From Felis catus (lineage: Eukaryota), in assembly GCF_018350175.1 (NCBI RefSeq), contig NC_058368.1, forward strand, positions 10,788,001 to 10,852,000: 64,000 nucleotides of DNA, written 5' to 3'. The translations under genes and the position numbers were made by a program. Positions 25,896 through 38,792 of the stretch are shown here, in pieces. The notes beneath the pieces are model-generated. The model searched no databases. It had not been told where the DNA came from and worked only from the letters and a program-made list of their open reading frames with translations. Positions within the stretch are counted from its first letter, which is position 1; each line of letters begins with the position of its first letter.

Positions 25896-27336
25896 TGAAA
25901 GGAGGAACTTGGTTTTTAAAGAGTTTTACATTGCTGTTGAGTGATTTTCTTTAGGGCTTTATACCGTATCTAAAATGATTGTAAAATGCTGTGATTAACT
26001 TTCATTACCAAAACAAAAACCCAAACCCCTCAATCTTTAAGATCATCCATCCCATACAAATAATAATGTATTGAAAATTAGAGGGAACTATAGATGCTGT
26101 CCATTTTCATCATGTCAAAATCAGTAAAACATCAATGTCGTTCTTTTGAGATTTTGAGTGTTTACAATACGAAAGGAGATCTAACTACATAAAAGTATGA
26201 AACTATGTATGATTGGATGTGTTCTGGTGATAGGCAAGAGGGGGAAAGCTGTAAAGTAAATCCTTCCCTCTCTAATTCTTTCCCACAAATTAAGAAATTG
26301 TTTTTCAGTGGCAGAAAATTAAAAGATTCTAACAATTCATTGCTAATATTTGTAATTTCATTTAATTAGTTCCTTTGCACCCCCAATTCCAGATAACTGC
26401 ATACTTACTACCTCATTCATACCCCTTTTCATTCTGAAATAACTAGAAAAAGGCTCCTGCCTTTCCCCCCACTTTGAAGCAATAAGCTTGACTGTCAGAA
26501 AGGTCCCATGCAGGAAGTTAAACACATCAATCAATTTCATCGCTAACGACTAAAAGATCTAGATAAATCTCCCAATGATATTTTCCTTTCAGTGTAACTC
26601 AGCTCTTACACTGGGGAACCTTATAAAATATATATAAAGCAAAAAGTACACTGCTCCACAGTGAAACTTTGGCAACTGTTTCTAAGCTACTGCCGAAGTG
26701 ATGTGGGGCCACTTCGGGCATTTTTCCGAACCTCCAATATTTTGCCAATACATCAGCATGACACTGAGTTAGAAAGTGAGGTCTAGAGTAGTTGTCTGAT
26801 ATTTCGTTTGAGAGAAAAATGTTTAAATCCCAAACTGAAAACTTGGAACGTGATTTTTTGGAAGCAAATGTGTCAGTGCAGGAGACTTTAAAATATTTAA
26901 ACCTCTCAGCTGGAAATGAGAAATGGGGAAAAAATCGACAAAGATGGGGAGACAAATATAGCGAGATGTTCAGCATTATTTACAGTAGCAAATAAGAGTA
27001 AAAAGTCTAAACATATAACATAAGGAGAAGGCTTCTAAGATCATTGTATTCATCCCATGGAATATAACCATCAAAGCCACCTACAAAAAATAACATGAAA
27101 AAAAATGTTCATAATGTTAAGAAGAAAAAAAAAGGATTCAAAATCTATAATCAAGTATCATCTTGGTCATCAAATATTCCCTCACTACTGAACCATTCCC
27201 AAGAGCAAACACACTTGGTCTGCTACTGACCAACTTGGAAAAAAAAATCCCTTAACCCAAATAGCTATCTTGAGCCCATAAGTCATTTCTCTGCTCCCCT
27301 TTACAATAAATTTTCTTGGAAGATACATATACTTGT

Positions 27337-27566
27337 GGAGCGCCTGGGTGGCTCAGTCAGTTGAGAGTCCTACTCTTGATGCTTGAGCATCTGACTCTTG
27401 ATTTCAGCTCAGGTTGTGATCCCAGGGTCATGGAATTGAGCCCCACATCAAACGCTGTGCTGAGCATGGAGCCTGCTTAAGATTCTCCCTCTCCTCTGCC
27501 CCTCTCCCCCTGCCATTCACATTTCTCCCTCCCTCCCTCCCTCCCTCCCTTTCTCTCTCAAAAAAA
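27337..27566 (+). mobile_element. Older CAN-SINE with duplicated head segment
   Basis: Head has two 'ttgag....actcttgat' units; TSD agat..(c/a)tatacttgt. Confidence 0.92.
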
Positions 27567-27918
27567 AGATGTCTATACTTGTCTCTCCAACCTATTCCAG
27601 TCAGGATTTTGCCCTTGCCATTCCACAAATCCATGGCCTCAATGTTGTCAAATCCATGGATCAACTCTCACTCCTCTCACACCAGCAATATCTGATACAA
27701 GTGATAACTTTCTTCTTGACTTCTAGAGCACTCCTCTGTCTCAATTCTCCTTTTTTATTTTACTGGCCAACCTGTCTCACTCCTCTTTGCTATATTCTAT
27801 TCACTCTCTCGCCATCTAAACACTTGAGGGTCCCAGGGATCAGCCCAAAGACGTTCCTTCAAATACATTCTACATAGTTTAAAATCACCTGGTCTCATGA
27901 CTTTAAATATCATCTATG

Positions 27919-28039
27919 TGGGTGATGGGCATTGAGGAAGGCACCTGTTGGGATGAGCACTGGGTGTTGTATGGAAAACAATTTGACAATAAATTTCATA
28001 TTAAAAAAAATAAAAAATAAATAAAAAATAAAAAATAAA
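27919..28039 (+). mobile_element. Short felid L1 3' terminus
   Basis: 'ggcacctgttgggatgagcactgggtgttgtatggaaa.caatttgacaataaatttcatatt' + A-rich tail. Confidence 0.9.
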
Positions 28040-30644
28040 TGTATATGATGACATATGACATCGCTCTCACCAATCTGTGTGATATCTCTACACATAGCTT
28101 CTACTGCCCTCAACTAACTCCAAATCTCCCATAGTATTCCCACCTCAACAAATGGTTTCTAATTGTGTGGGCCAACAATTTTGAATAATTTCCTGACTCC
28201 TCTCTTTCTTGTACCCTGTATCTACTCCATCAGCAGAGGTGTTTGAGGTTGCCTTCAAAAAAAACCAATCATCTTCCCACTCTCCTCACCTGCACCACTG
28301 CCTCCCAGGTCCAAGCCCATCCCCGCTGCATCTCACCTATTGTTTACAATAGCCTCCTACTGGGCTTGTCCCTCCCACCCCCACTTCCCATTGAGCTCTC
28401 TCCTGTGGTCCTGTCTCAGAGAAGCCACCACCATCTTTGTAAAAGGTTAAGTCAAATCACGTCTTCTCTCCTCTGCTCCCTTAGAAATCTATCCATCGGT
28501 GCCTGATATTGGGGATCAACACTTGGCATTGATTCTAAACCTGTCCAGTACACAGAGTTTAAAACTGCCTTGCAATTATGTTCTAGACAACATTAGATTC
28601 TGCCAATTATGATGAACACAGAAATGATACGGGGGCTATCTAACCACCGCCTTAACTGCTGCTACTGTCAAGCACCATTGTGAATGGTGAGGGTGTTTTT
28701 TGTCTTGTTTTGTTTTCTGCAGCAGCATCTCACTGCCCAGAAACCACCTTGGATGTAAACAGGCAGTTGCAGAAGCAGCAGCTTCCTGATCCCTGACCAA
28801 AGTGCCAACTGTGTGCTCGAGAGCAGATGCTGTGTGGGCCCCTGTCTCTACCTTCCTGATCCTGGCAGAAGAGTAGCTTCCATGGCATATTCTTGTGGGG
28901 GGGGGGGGGGAGTTTTCTGAAAGTCATTCCCAGAGGTCCACTGAGAACCCATTTCTCTAGCCCTTCCAAAGATGTCGTAAGCACCAAACTCATTGTATTA
29001 CATCCTTTTCTCCTTCAGTTAGCCAGAGAGGTTTCCATTCTCCGATACTTATGAACACACCATCACATGAGAAGCAATTCCTAAGTCCTATTCTCACCCA
29101 GGAAACCCTGTATGTTCTGGTGCCCTGATGCCTCTCTAGTCCAAAACCTTTCACTTTCCTTCTTTCTCATTCTGCTCCAGAACACAGGCAGAAAAATAAG
29201 CATACTATTAAAAGAAAATATATATAAAAAAAATAAAGGTACAGCTGCTCAACTGCATTCTCAGTCAGTGAGTGCTATCGCAGACAAATATATTTGCATT
29301 ACCCAGAACAATAACGTGAAATACTAAATAGAACAGCATTCTTTATCCATTGCTGCTCCTAAAAAAAGACTCTGAAAGCTTGCCTCTTCTTGGTGATTCT
29401 TTGGATTTATTCTAGCTTCTTTGAGTCCCTTTTTACCTGCTTAGTCCGATCAGCATGGAAGTCAGGAGTATCATTTCCTTGGTAAGAACACTCTGCTTAC
29501 ATGGCATCCATTTTTTTGTTTTTTATCTTTCCTTCTATGGCATATTCATGTTATTTTAAATAAAAAGTAAAAACAAAAAAAAACCCCTTTTATTTCACAT
29601 GAATTGTTATTAAGGCTTGCATTCCTCATTGCACATTTATGTTGTTATTTATATTTAGAAGAATTTTACATTTGAGTTTGTACAATTTCAACTCACTGGC
29701 TGGTGACCTCCAAAGGGCTAGTCTTATGTAGACCCTATGAATTCCGAACCTGTCATCTGGGTATTTACCTATGAATTTTACCATAAGTCAGCCAATCTGC
29801 TATTCTCTTAGGGCTAAATTCCACAGCCAAAAATCTGCAAATATGCCCAACAACTAAATATGCTGAGATCTGACACGATGGACATTTTAAAAAGCTACAT
29901 TCGTTTATTCTCTTTTAGTTATTAAATTAACAGTGAACTCTAGTACCCTGAATCACAAACTGTATTTATTTATTTATTTTTAATTCATATTTAATTTCCA
30001 AGAAAGAATACATGTATTTATGCTTTAGTGACCTTTTAGATATCAGGATATTATCAAACCTATGGAAAAACACTTTCAATTGGTTTGAATTAGTGGATGA
30101 TTCTGAGTCATGTTCCTCACTCAAAAATAGATGGCTGGCTTTGTTCTCAATGAAGTTCAAATTTAAGAGTTAGAATTGAAATAGATGCTAGAAATATCTG
30201 TATTGCTAGATAGTTGTGTCTTGAGGCATAGGATTTCCTGATTAGGAAAAGGACTGAAATGAAAAGCTTGTGTGATAGGCCTCAGGGACCTATTACCCTT
30301 GAGCTCATTGACTCTTGGAAGGAGAACACTTCCTGGAAGGATGTGGTGTGTGGAGTTCTTAAAGTAGGAGTCCCCCAGCAAGGAGGGGAAGGAAGAGATC
30401 ACTTCTAGCTTTGGGGATTCTGCCATAGTGCTGGTGGAGGCAAAAATACTTTTTGCAGAAAGCTATAAAATAAACTCAGTAAATAAAGTTTTTCAATAAA
30501 CCCGGTAAGTGAAAATTTTCAAGTGACCTAGAAATAATTTTACTGGGGAAAAAAAGGGGCTATATTTCAGCTTTAAATAACTGTCAAAACAAATATGATT
30601 GACTACTTTATAATTTTTCCATTGATTCCATATTGATTTGGTAA

Positions 30645-30770
30645 TATTCCTCATGAGCACAGGTGCAAAAATTCTAAACAAAATGTTGGAAAAACAAATT
30701 CAACAATGTGTTATAAGAATAACATGTCATGACCAAGCAATGTTTACCCTAAGAATAGAGGGTCATATTT
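30645..30770 (+). mobile_element. Old L1 ORF2 fragment
   Basis: 'gcaaaaattctaaacaaaatgttg..aaacaaattcaacaa' (AKILNKML..QIQQ). Confidence 0.7.
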
Positions 30771-31431
30771 GAGAGCAACAATAGTAACGACTGAATTGTA
30801 AGGTTTACATGGGATAATAGACTTACAGCATTTAACCTAGTATTTGAGCCTAATAAACTCTCAATAAATATTAGGTATGACAACTCCCAAGGCCTAACTT
30901 TCTTTTCATGTTTGGAAGCACCAGAAATTAGATAATTTTCTGAGAATGAGGAGGCCGATACTTGAGAGAGATGATAATGTTTTAGATTAGCCATGGAGGG
31001 GCATGAGCTAAAGCAATAACTGTGATGCAACAGAAGGATAGATGATGAAAGCCAGGGGCCTGCCTGACATGGGAATCCAAGGACTGTCACAGCACCAATG
31101 TTCACGGTTTTGCCATAACTTCTGGGAATGCTGGGTTATTTGAATGTGAAATGGTGAAAGGTAGATTTTAAATCCAGGGTTAGATCTTGGCCACTGAGTG
31201 CATCAAAGGATAGTGATGAAGGGAATTGAGAATGCTCATGAGGAAGTAAATAGGACAGATGGTACCCTGAAAACCTGAGCTGGTAAGATAAAGAAGGGAA
31301 GACATGAGGGCTGATGGACTAGAGGAATGTGGAGGGATCAAGGAATTGTAACCTCTGTGACAGTGGAAGAGTAGTTACAAAAGAAATAATAAAACAAGAA
31401 GAAAGGTGGAGGCTGTGGCCATAAAAAGATT

Positions 31432-31825
31432 GTGGCAGAAATTGCCTTGTAACACCTCATCTCCCCCTTCAGTAAGGGCTCTCTTGTAGGCCTGGCACAT
31501 TGTCACTCATATAAAGTCTACATTTCCCAGACTCCAACTTAGGCTAAGTTCTAGCCACTGAGGTACTAGCAGAAAGATTCTGTGGAACTTCTGGAAAGTC
31601 TCCTGGAAAGCAGTGAGGTGAACTCTTTCTCTCTTCTACCTTTTACCTCCTTCCTTCCCCTTGGAATGCAGACATCATTACTTTAGTACAAGAGGCCATC
31701 ATGGCCCCGAGGCCATGTTTTATTTTGTATTTTATGTGAGGGAGATATAAAACCTTATGTGGTTTAAGTTTTTACTTTGAGATTTCTTGTTATTCATAGC
31801 TGAACCTGAATGTAATGCATGCAAT
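31432..31825 (+). mobile_element. Ancient MaLR LTR (MLT1I/J-like)
   Basis: tgtggcaga start; 'tacatttcccagactcc', 'aagttctagcca', 'ttgttattcatagctgaacc'. Confidence 0.55.
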
Positions 31826-31899
31826 GGAATACCAAGCTTAAAGATTTCTCAAGTAAATCACCATCAGGATGTCCAGGCTGTAGCCATGAAAATTATAAG

Positions 31900-32950
31900 A
31901 AGTGTAAGCATATCTGACTATTGACAAGTTTTAAATAATATTACACCAAAATCCACACTTCTGTAAGCTTTCATCAGTTGTCTTAGTGTTTCCCTAACAT
32001 AACATACCAAATAAAATGGATTTATTGTTTTCCCCTCATGACACTTGAAGGAGGAGGTTGTGGCCCCAAGCCATCTTCTTCATAGGCTGCACATCTCCAG
32101 GTTTGTCAAGCTCTCTTTGTGTGCCAAAGCTTTGTCCTTCTGTACCCTCCCGGATACTTTCCTCTGAACATGGTCCAGTATGTCTATTTCTTTCTTTCTT
32201 TTTTAAAATTTTTTAATGTTCATGTATTTTTGAGAGAGAGAGAGATAGAGACAGAGAGAGGCAGAGTGTGAACGGAGGAGGAGCAGAAAGAGAGGGAGAC
32301 ACAGAAACCAAAGCAGGCTCCAGGCTCTGAGCTGTCAGCACAGAGTCCCACATGGGGCTCTAACTCACAAACTGTGAGACCATGACCTGAGCTGAGGTCA
32401 GGTGCTTAACCTACTGAGCCACCCACGTGACCCTGTCCATTTCTTTCTTTCTTTTTTTTTTAAGTGCAAAGTCAACCTGAACAAGGGGCACAGGTGTGGG
32501 TCTGAGCAGGCTATTACCCACCTCATTCCAGATGACACATTTCTGTTACCACATTGCCTTTTTCAGCAGAGACATCACATTTCCCATTCATATGAAACTG
32601 CTTTAACTAGAATGCATGCCTTATAAAAGGCAATAGCAACCCAAGTTGCTATTACAACCACATCTTGCCCAATCTCTACTTGTGTAGTTGATATTTCTCA
32701 AATGCAGGTGCACAGCCTTACATAGCCAGCTCTGTTAAATTTCATCTTGTAAGATGTGATTCACTGCTTCAGCCCATGGAGACTTCTAGGAATCCAATTC
32801 TGCTACCCACTGAATTCCCCATCGTTAAGCCTTGTGTTATACACCATTTTGAGAAGCCTACTCTCTGATCTCAACATAAATCTAAATCTTTGATCAAAAT
32901 GTTGAACAAGTCCATTTGTTCTTGGGCAAGGACCTTCCTCCAAGATGCCA
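31900..32950 (-). mobile_element. CR1/L3 LINE fragment interrupted by a SINE
   Basis: Antisense CR1 motifs 'cctctgaacatggtccagt', 'caggtgtgggtctgagcag', 'ctgttaaatttcatcttgt'. Confidence 0.55.
32200..32433 (-). mobile_element. CAN-SINE
   Basis: Antisense SINE; TSD tgtc(t/c)atttctttctttc on both sides. Confidence 0.95.
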
Positions 32951-33107
32951 TTCATCAATCTATTCATCAGAGTTCGGAAAGTATAATTTGCAACAAGTGA
33001 TTGTTCTCATGATTGCATTCAGGATTTCTTAGCCCAAGGAAAGGAAAACTTAAGAAAGATTCCTAAAATAATTCATTTGGCCACTCAAGGCTTTCTGGAG
33101 TTGGTGG

Positions 33108-33470
33108 GCATTACGGACTGTTTAAGTCTCTCCAAAAGTCATAGGTTGAAGCCCTAACCCGAAATGTGACAGTATGAGAAGGAAGGGCTTCTTAGAAAGT
33201 AATAGACTTAGATTAGATCACGAGGGTGGAGCCCTATGACAGGGTTGGTGCCCTTATAAAAAGAGGAGGAGCCCAGCTTCCTCTCTTTGCCATGTGAGGA
33301 TATAGCAAAAGGGAAGCTGTTTGGAAGTCAGAAAGAAGGCTCCCACCCAGAATCAAATCTCCTGGCTCCTTGACCTTGGACTTCCCAGCCTCCAGAACTG
33401 TGAGAAATAAATATCTGTTGTTTAAGACACTCAGTCTCTAGTATTTGTAATAGCAGCCTTAGTTGCTACT
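33108..33470 (+). mobile_element. MaLR solo LTR (MLT1A0-like)
   Basis: 'gttgaagccctaaccc', 'gagggtggagccct', 'ttggacttcccagcctccagaactgtgagaaataaat'. Confidence 0.88.
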
Positions 33471-34439
33471 GGCAGCTGTTATATGACCATGGATTTCCAA
33501 CCAGTGTCTTTCTCAAGGTGCCTATAGTTTACTATTGTCCAAGCTACGGTGTGTCAAGCTTAAGCTGGATCACTTTTCCTTATGGAAATGACATACATGT
33601 TAAATCAGAGATAAAATTGCATGCCTAAATCCTTCAAGAGGCCACTGGAATATGTGCCTATATGAGGAGGTAATCACAAATGCTTAGTCTATTTTAAGGC
33701 CTTACTTGGGAACTGGGTTGGTGATCACATGAATGTGCCCAGAATTTTTGCCTCTCCATTTATAAGCCACATGGATTTGGATTCTTGTTCCTACTCTGTG
33801 TTTCTGCCAAGCCAGAGAACCTCACTGAACCATATTGTAAAAGATACGGAATTTCAATTTCATACCTTTTCAAAGGCACTTATTCTACTAAAGAAATCTT
33901 TTCCTTTAAAATATTAAAACTGTTAGACTCTCTCATTTTCCACATCGGTACAGCAGGAAACAATTTTAATGTGATACCAATAGCAGGGTGGTGATCTTAC
34001 CTACTTCATTGACTCTTAGGGGCATCCCGACAAAAGGAGAGGCATGGGTGGACTGAAATCTTAGAGTGTGAGGAGAACCCATACTGGTCTGTGCTCTTGC
34101 AAAACAGTTGAGATTCTCAGGCATCCAGAAACTCATCCTCTGATGGTATTCCTACACTGGGGCCCTTTGGTGAGGTGGCAAAGTGATTCCGAAGAAGAGG
34201 AAATCTTCCAATCCAGGATTCCCTGTGGAGATTCAACCTGGTCCCAGTTATGATCCAGGGCCAAAGCTAGGCTAGGAGGCCAGACTAGTAGTCTGCGGCT
34301 TCGTTTCATGTAACTCTCTGCTATAATTTCATGTGGAGATCTTCTCATCTCTTGTGTCTCATGTGGTCTCCCAAGGAAGACTAGCTATGGCTGTTCTTTG
34401 GGTGGTACTTCCCAGTCATGTCTGCATTTTTAATTCTTG

Positions 34440-34672
34440 TTAAACTGTCGTTATGTATCAGGCACACAGAATTAGAAACATAATCATATTTAACAAAAGC
34501 CCTCTGAGATAGCTACGATATATTATTATTCACATGACACGGATGCAGGATATTAAGGTCATATTGGTTAATCAATCTTCTTAAGATCACACAACTAGAA
34601 GCACATGAACTAGGATCTGGACCCAGGTCTCCCTGACCCCAAACTGTGGTTTATTTCACTATACATATTGCT
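34440..34672 (-). mobile_element. MIR SINE
   Basis: 'aagatcacacaactagaag...ggatctggacccaggtct...gaccccaaa'. Confidence 0.65.
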
Positions 34673-35663
34673 CCACTTGCACGGAGCAGCAGGATTCTTC
34701 CATTTCAGTTTTGCTCATGGAATCTGAGGGGTCAGAGCAACCTTGAGAAGGAGACAGACAACCTAAAATATCTGGCCATGCCTAGCACTTCTTTCCGACT
34801 CATGTATGCTTGCTTCTGAATCCACTCATGTAATTCAACTACTTCAAGGCCTATAATTTCTGAGCTTTGATCCTGACCTGACCCGGGGTCGGGGTGGGGG
34901 GGGGGGTGATCCTGCTCACGGGAAGACTATTTGCTCCACTTCAAGGTAAATATCATCAATTTTTTTCTGGTACATATACCACTCATAGTTATGTGTGGCC
35001 TCTGGCTTGGTCACCAATGTGCTGGTCACAGGTAAGTGGCCCCACTCCCTTAGAGAATGCCAAAACCAAGGGTAATCAGGATCAATGTGCAACGTGGGTA
35101 GAATGTTGAAATAGAGGCATTATATTAATTCACATATTTTTCATGGCATATCTGTATCTTGTTCTGAAGAACAAGGAGTTCTTTCTGACATAACCAGACA
35201 GACAGGCATTAATTATTGCAGTTGGAATCCAGCAATAAAAACAGCAAAACCAAAGGATGAAAAAGATAGCAGTTCCAAGAGGCTCAGCTAAGCCAAAGGG
35301 TTCTACTCACCAACAAGACAAGTTTAAAAGCAGCCTGCCTGCCTTATAGTGGTTTGGCTGTTTCTGTCAAATTTTCTTTGGCCTAGAATCACATTTTTCT
35401 GTCATTGCCAAAATCCATTTTAAATACTAACCTAAGTAATTAGGGATTCTCAAAAAGTTCCCTAATAGATGAATACCAGAAGTTTCATGGAAGAAGAGGT
35501 TGTTATTGGTTGCATTCAAATGCTTTCCAAATTCAAAGTGGGGAATGTAAAAAGAAAACCTATGATGAGTTTTAAATTTGAATCCTACAGAGCAGCTCTA
35601 ACACAATAATTAGCCTATTTCCATATCCTGATTGAAAATCTAAATAAATTCAAATTTAGGAGG

Positions 35664-36084
35664 AGCATGAGTTTTCTAGGGCTGCTGTCACAAAGTACTA
35701 CAAATTTAGTAACTTGAACAGAAATTTGCTGTCTCACAGATCTGGAGGCCAGAAATCTGAAATCAAGGTGTCAGCAGGGTTCCTTCTGAGGGCTGTGAAG
35801 GAGGGATCTGTTACAGGGCTCCCTCTTTGGCTTGTAGCTGGTCTTCTCTTCCTTAAGTCTTCATGTAACCTTCCCTCTTTGCATATCTTTGTGCCCCCAA
35901 ATCCCCCTTTTTAGGGCACTAATCATATTGGACTAGAGTTCATCCTAATGACTTCACTTTGATTACCTCTGTAAAGACTCTATCTCCAAATAATGTCACA
36001 TTCTGAGGTTAACTGGGGGTAAAAACTTCAACATATGAATTTGGTGTGTGTGGGGGGGTGGGATACACAATTTAATCCATAACA
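35664..36084 (-). mobile_element. MaLR solo LTR (MLT1B/C-like)
   Basis: 'tagggctgctgtcacaaagtac...tctggaggccagaaatctgaaatcaaggtgtcagcaggg'...'ccataaca'. Confidence 0.9.
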
Positions 36085-36349
36085 ACCTTGTAATTTCTAC
36101 CTCTGCATTTGAATTATAATTCCTGTGTGCTTTTGTTAATGTGATTTATCTTCCTTTTACATAATTAGATTCATGAGAGATTCATCTTTTTTTCCTAAGA
36201 AATCTTGGATTAATCAAGTCTACTGTTTTCACAGTTATTTCTACATTCATTTTATTATTGATTTTTTTTTCATGATCTTCTTACTAATTTGTTTTCATCA
36301 TGATTATAATAAAAACTTGCAAGGCTGTGAATTTACTTCTGATTACAGT

Positions 36350-36970
36350 TCAGGCAATAACTACATGATTAAAACATGAGCTTAGGAATCAGATAACCTG
36401 GGTTTGAATTTTAACTCTGCCACTCATCTCATAGGTGAGATTAAATAAGACGTTTGAGGAGTTTCTGGTACATGATTAGTATGAAATAATTAATTTACCT
36501 GGAGTAGGAAGGTGACAGTGGTAATAGAATTAGCTGTATAATCTTCAGCATATTATTTAGCCTCCCTGCACCTGAAAGTTTTCTCACATGTAAAATATAG
36601 ATATTAAAATTTATCAGAAGCTTTTGTGAAGATGAAATGATACATTTCATGTAGATTCATCCAACATGCATTTACTGAGTACCTACTATATGCCAAGCAC
36701 TACTCCAGGTATGTGGGATAGGTTAGAAAACAAAACAGAAAAGATTGGTGCTCATGCTAAGCTTACATTTTTAACATTAAAGTGAACATTAAAAATGATG
36801 AATGAGGAAATCATATAGCATGTGAAAAGGTGATACAGGCTATGTAAAAAAAAAAAACCAAACAAACAAACAGAATAAGGTAAGAGGAATCAGGAGTGAT
36901 TGGTGGGAGAGGGGATTGTGATTTTAAATAGGGTAGTCGGAGAAGGTTTCCCCGAAAGAGGACACAAGGT
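36350..36970. mobile_element. MIR fragments (+) followed by an L2 3' end (-)
   Basis: 'cctgggtttgaatt..aactctgccact'; 'atttactgagtacctactatatgccaagcact'. Confidence 0.7.
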
Positions 36971-37113
36971 CAAGGTGGGCAAAGCGGAAGCTGTGAAAAC
37001 TGGAAGTGTGCAAGAACAAAATGTTTGGTTGACAACCCTCCTCTACCCTTCATGCTTGCCTTCTGCACACCCCCTTGGCAGCTCTAACAAACAGGAAGTA
37101 TTTGGTTAAACTG

Positions 37114-37472
37114 CAGGGTCTGGCAAAACCACAGCGGTTTTTGTATGGCCCACAAGCTGTGAACAGTTTTCACAGATGAACTTTTCCAATCAATCTGATG
37201 AGAGGGAACACTAACTTTGTACCCCAACTGGGTGAATTAATATTCCAAAATGGGAAGAATTTACTCCCCACAGTAGGCCTGTATTAGACTCGTACTCAAT
37301 TTTTTATTATTCTACTTTGAATGTCATCAGTTTTTTTAAAAATGGGGGCAATGTGTTTTCCCTCCTGTTCTAGGAGTACCAATACAATATTTTTGATTTG
37401 GCCTCTTGGCTCAAAAGGCCAAAAATATTTACTATCTGGTCCTTCACAGAGAAAAAGCTGATCTATTCCTGA
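37114..37472. mobile_element. MER58-type hAT-Charlie element
   Basis: 'cagggtctggcaaa', 'tttttgtatggcccacaagct', 'aaaatatttactatctggtccttcacagag'. Confidence 0.8.
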
Positions 37473-38526
37473 GTTAAAGCAGTCAGCTGTCCCAACTTCT
37501 CACCTCATAATACTCTTTATCCCTGCAAGAACCCTAAGAACCATTCCTTCCCTGCAGTGATAAGAAGTGATAAGAAGTGCAAAGAATCTGCCAGCAGGGG
37601 TCTATTTACACTCACCAGCAAATAGGCCCCTGGGAAAACAAGGAGCTGCTATACCCCTGAGATTCCCCAGATCAGACTTAACTTACCATTATTACATTTT
37701 GACTCCACCTAGAGTCCAGTCCATCACTACCCTCTGGGCAGTCTCCACTGGTCCATTCAGCAGCATGGCTGGCTTCCAAGCCTTCAGGAGGCTGATTCAT
37801 CCTTCTACGTGTATCACTGCATCACGATAATTCAGACAGTAGCTTGGTGTCCCAAGTTACTTTGCCTGGCAGCTGGGCAGTCTTTCCTTAATAGGTCTAA
37901 TGCCAGTTAGTTTACATTGATGCTGTATTAATTAATTTTCTAAGATCCAAATTACGTTAAGAGTCACATTATTGAGCTTCCTTTAGATCTTGCATATTAA
38001 GTAGATTAAACTGACCTCATGCTTTTTCACTATCTACTATTAAGTTATATTCACATATAACTTAATTTCCTCCCCAGTGATCTATTTTCCAACACATCTA
38101 TGCTCATCATAGCATCTTGCATTCAAGTCCCAGTAAGTAGAATTGTAATACGTGAAGATTGGAGAGATAGAAGTCTTCCAGGCAGAGTGTCACGTGCACA
38201 AATGAACAGAGCTATGAGAGTATGTGTTGTGTTGCCTGGAATACAGTATAAGTTTTGATTGGTGACTGAAGCATCAGCTACCAGTTGAAGAATGGTCTAT
38301 AAGATGTGGCTGAGATGATGAATAATGTTATCCTAAGGAGTCTGGATTTTCTTTTGATTGCTACGGGAAAACACTGAAAATTTTAATCAGGTTTATCTCT
38401 TAAAATATTTAACAACCGAATGGAGAATGGATTACAGAAGGGTACAAATACTAGAGCAAAGGTGAAGACATAAGTTGGAGTCCAGAATGTGTTGAAGTAA
38501 TCCTGACTAAAAATAGTGAGGGTGTT

Positions 38527-38746
38527 GGGGCGCCTGGGTGGTGCAGTCGGTTAAGCGTCTGACTTCAGCCAGGTCACGATCTCGCGGTGGGTGAGTTCGA
38601 GCCCCGCGTCGGGCTCTGGCTGATGGCTCAGAGCCTGGAGCCTGTTTCCGATTCTGTGTCTCCCTCTCTCTCTGCCCCTCCCTCGTTCATGCTCTGTCTC
38701 TCTCTGTCCCCCCCCAAAAATAAATAAACGTTGAAAAAAAATAAAA
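38527..38746 (+). mobile_element. Young felid CAN-SINE
   Basis: Perfect TSD aaaaatagtgagggtgt at 38509-38525 and 38747-38763. Confidence 0.97.
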
Positions 38747-38792
38747 AAAAATAGTGAGGGTGTGACCTAAGGCAACATGGGAAGGGGACGGA

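Larger units (their letters stand above)
27180..28480 (+). mobile_element. L2 LINE fragment interrupted by a SINE and an L1 3' end
   Basis: C/T-rich L2 motifs 'ctctgctcccctttaca', 'ttgtcaaatccatgg', 'aatagcctcctactgg'. Confidence 0.65.

Noticed and set aside
26657..26700. CACAGTG recombination-signal heptamer
   Set aside because: No ACAAAAACC-like nonamer at 12 or 23 bp spacing and no V/J segment nearby.
26599..26976. 125-aa minus-strand ORF
   Set aside because: No recognisable domain, and it partly overlaps degraded L1-like sequence.
28695..28725. Strong-looking splice acceptor (T-rich tract + CAG)
   Set aside because: Downstream sequence looks like an old LTR fragment; there is no coherent exon or reading frame.
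37556..37579. Tandem 10-bp duplication giving two GATA motifs (similar 10-bp duplication at ~2432-2454)
   Set aside because: Common slippage event with no supporting context.
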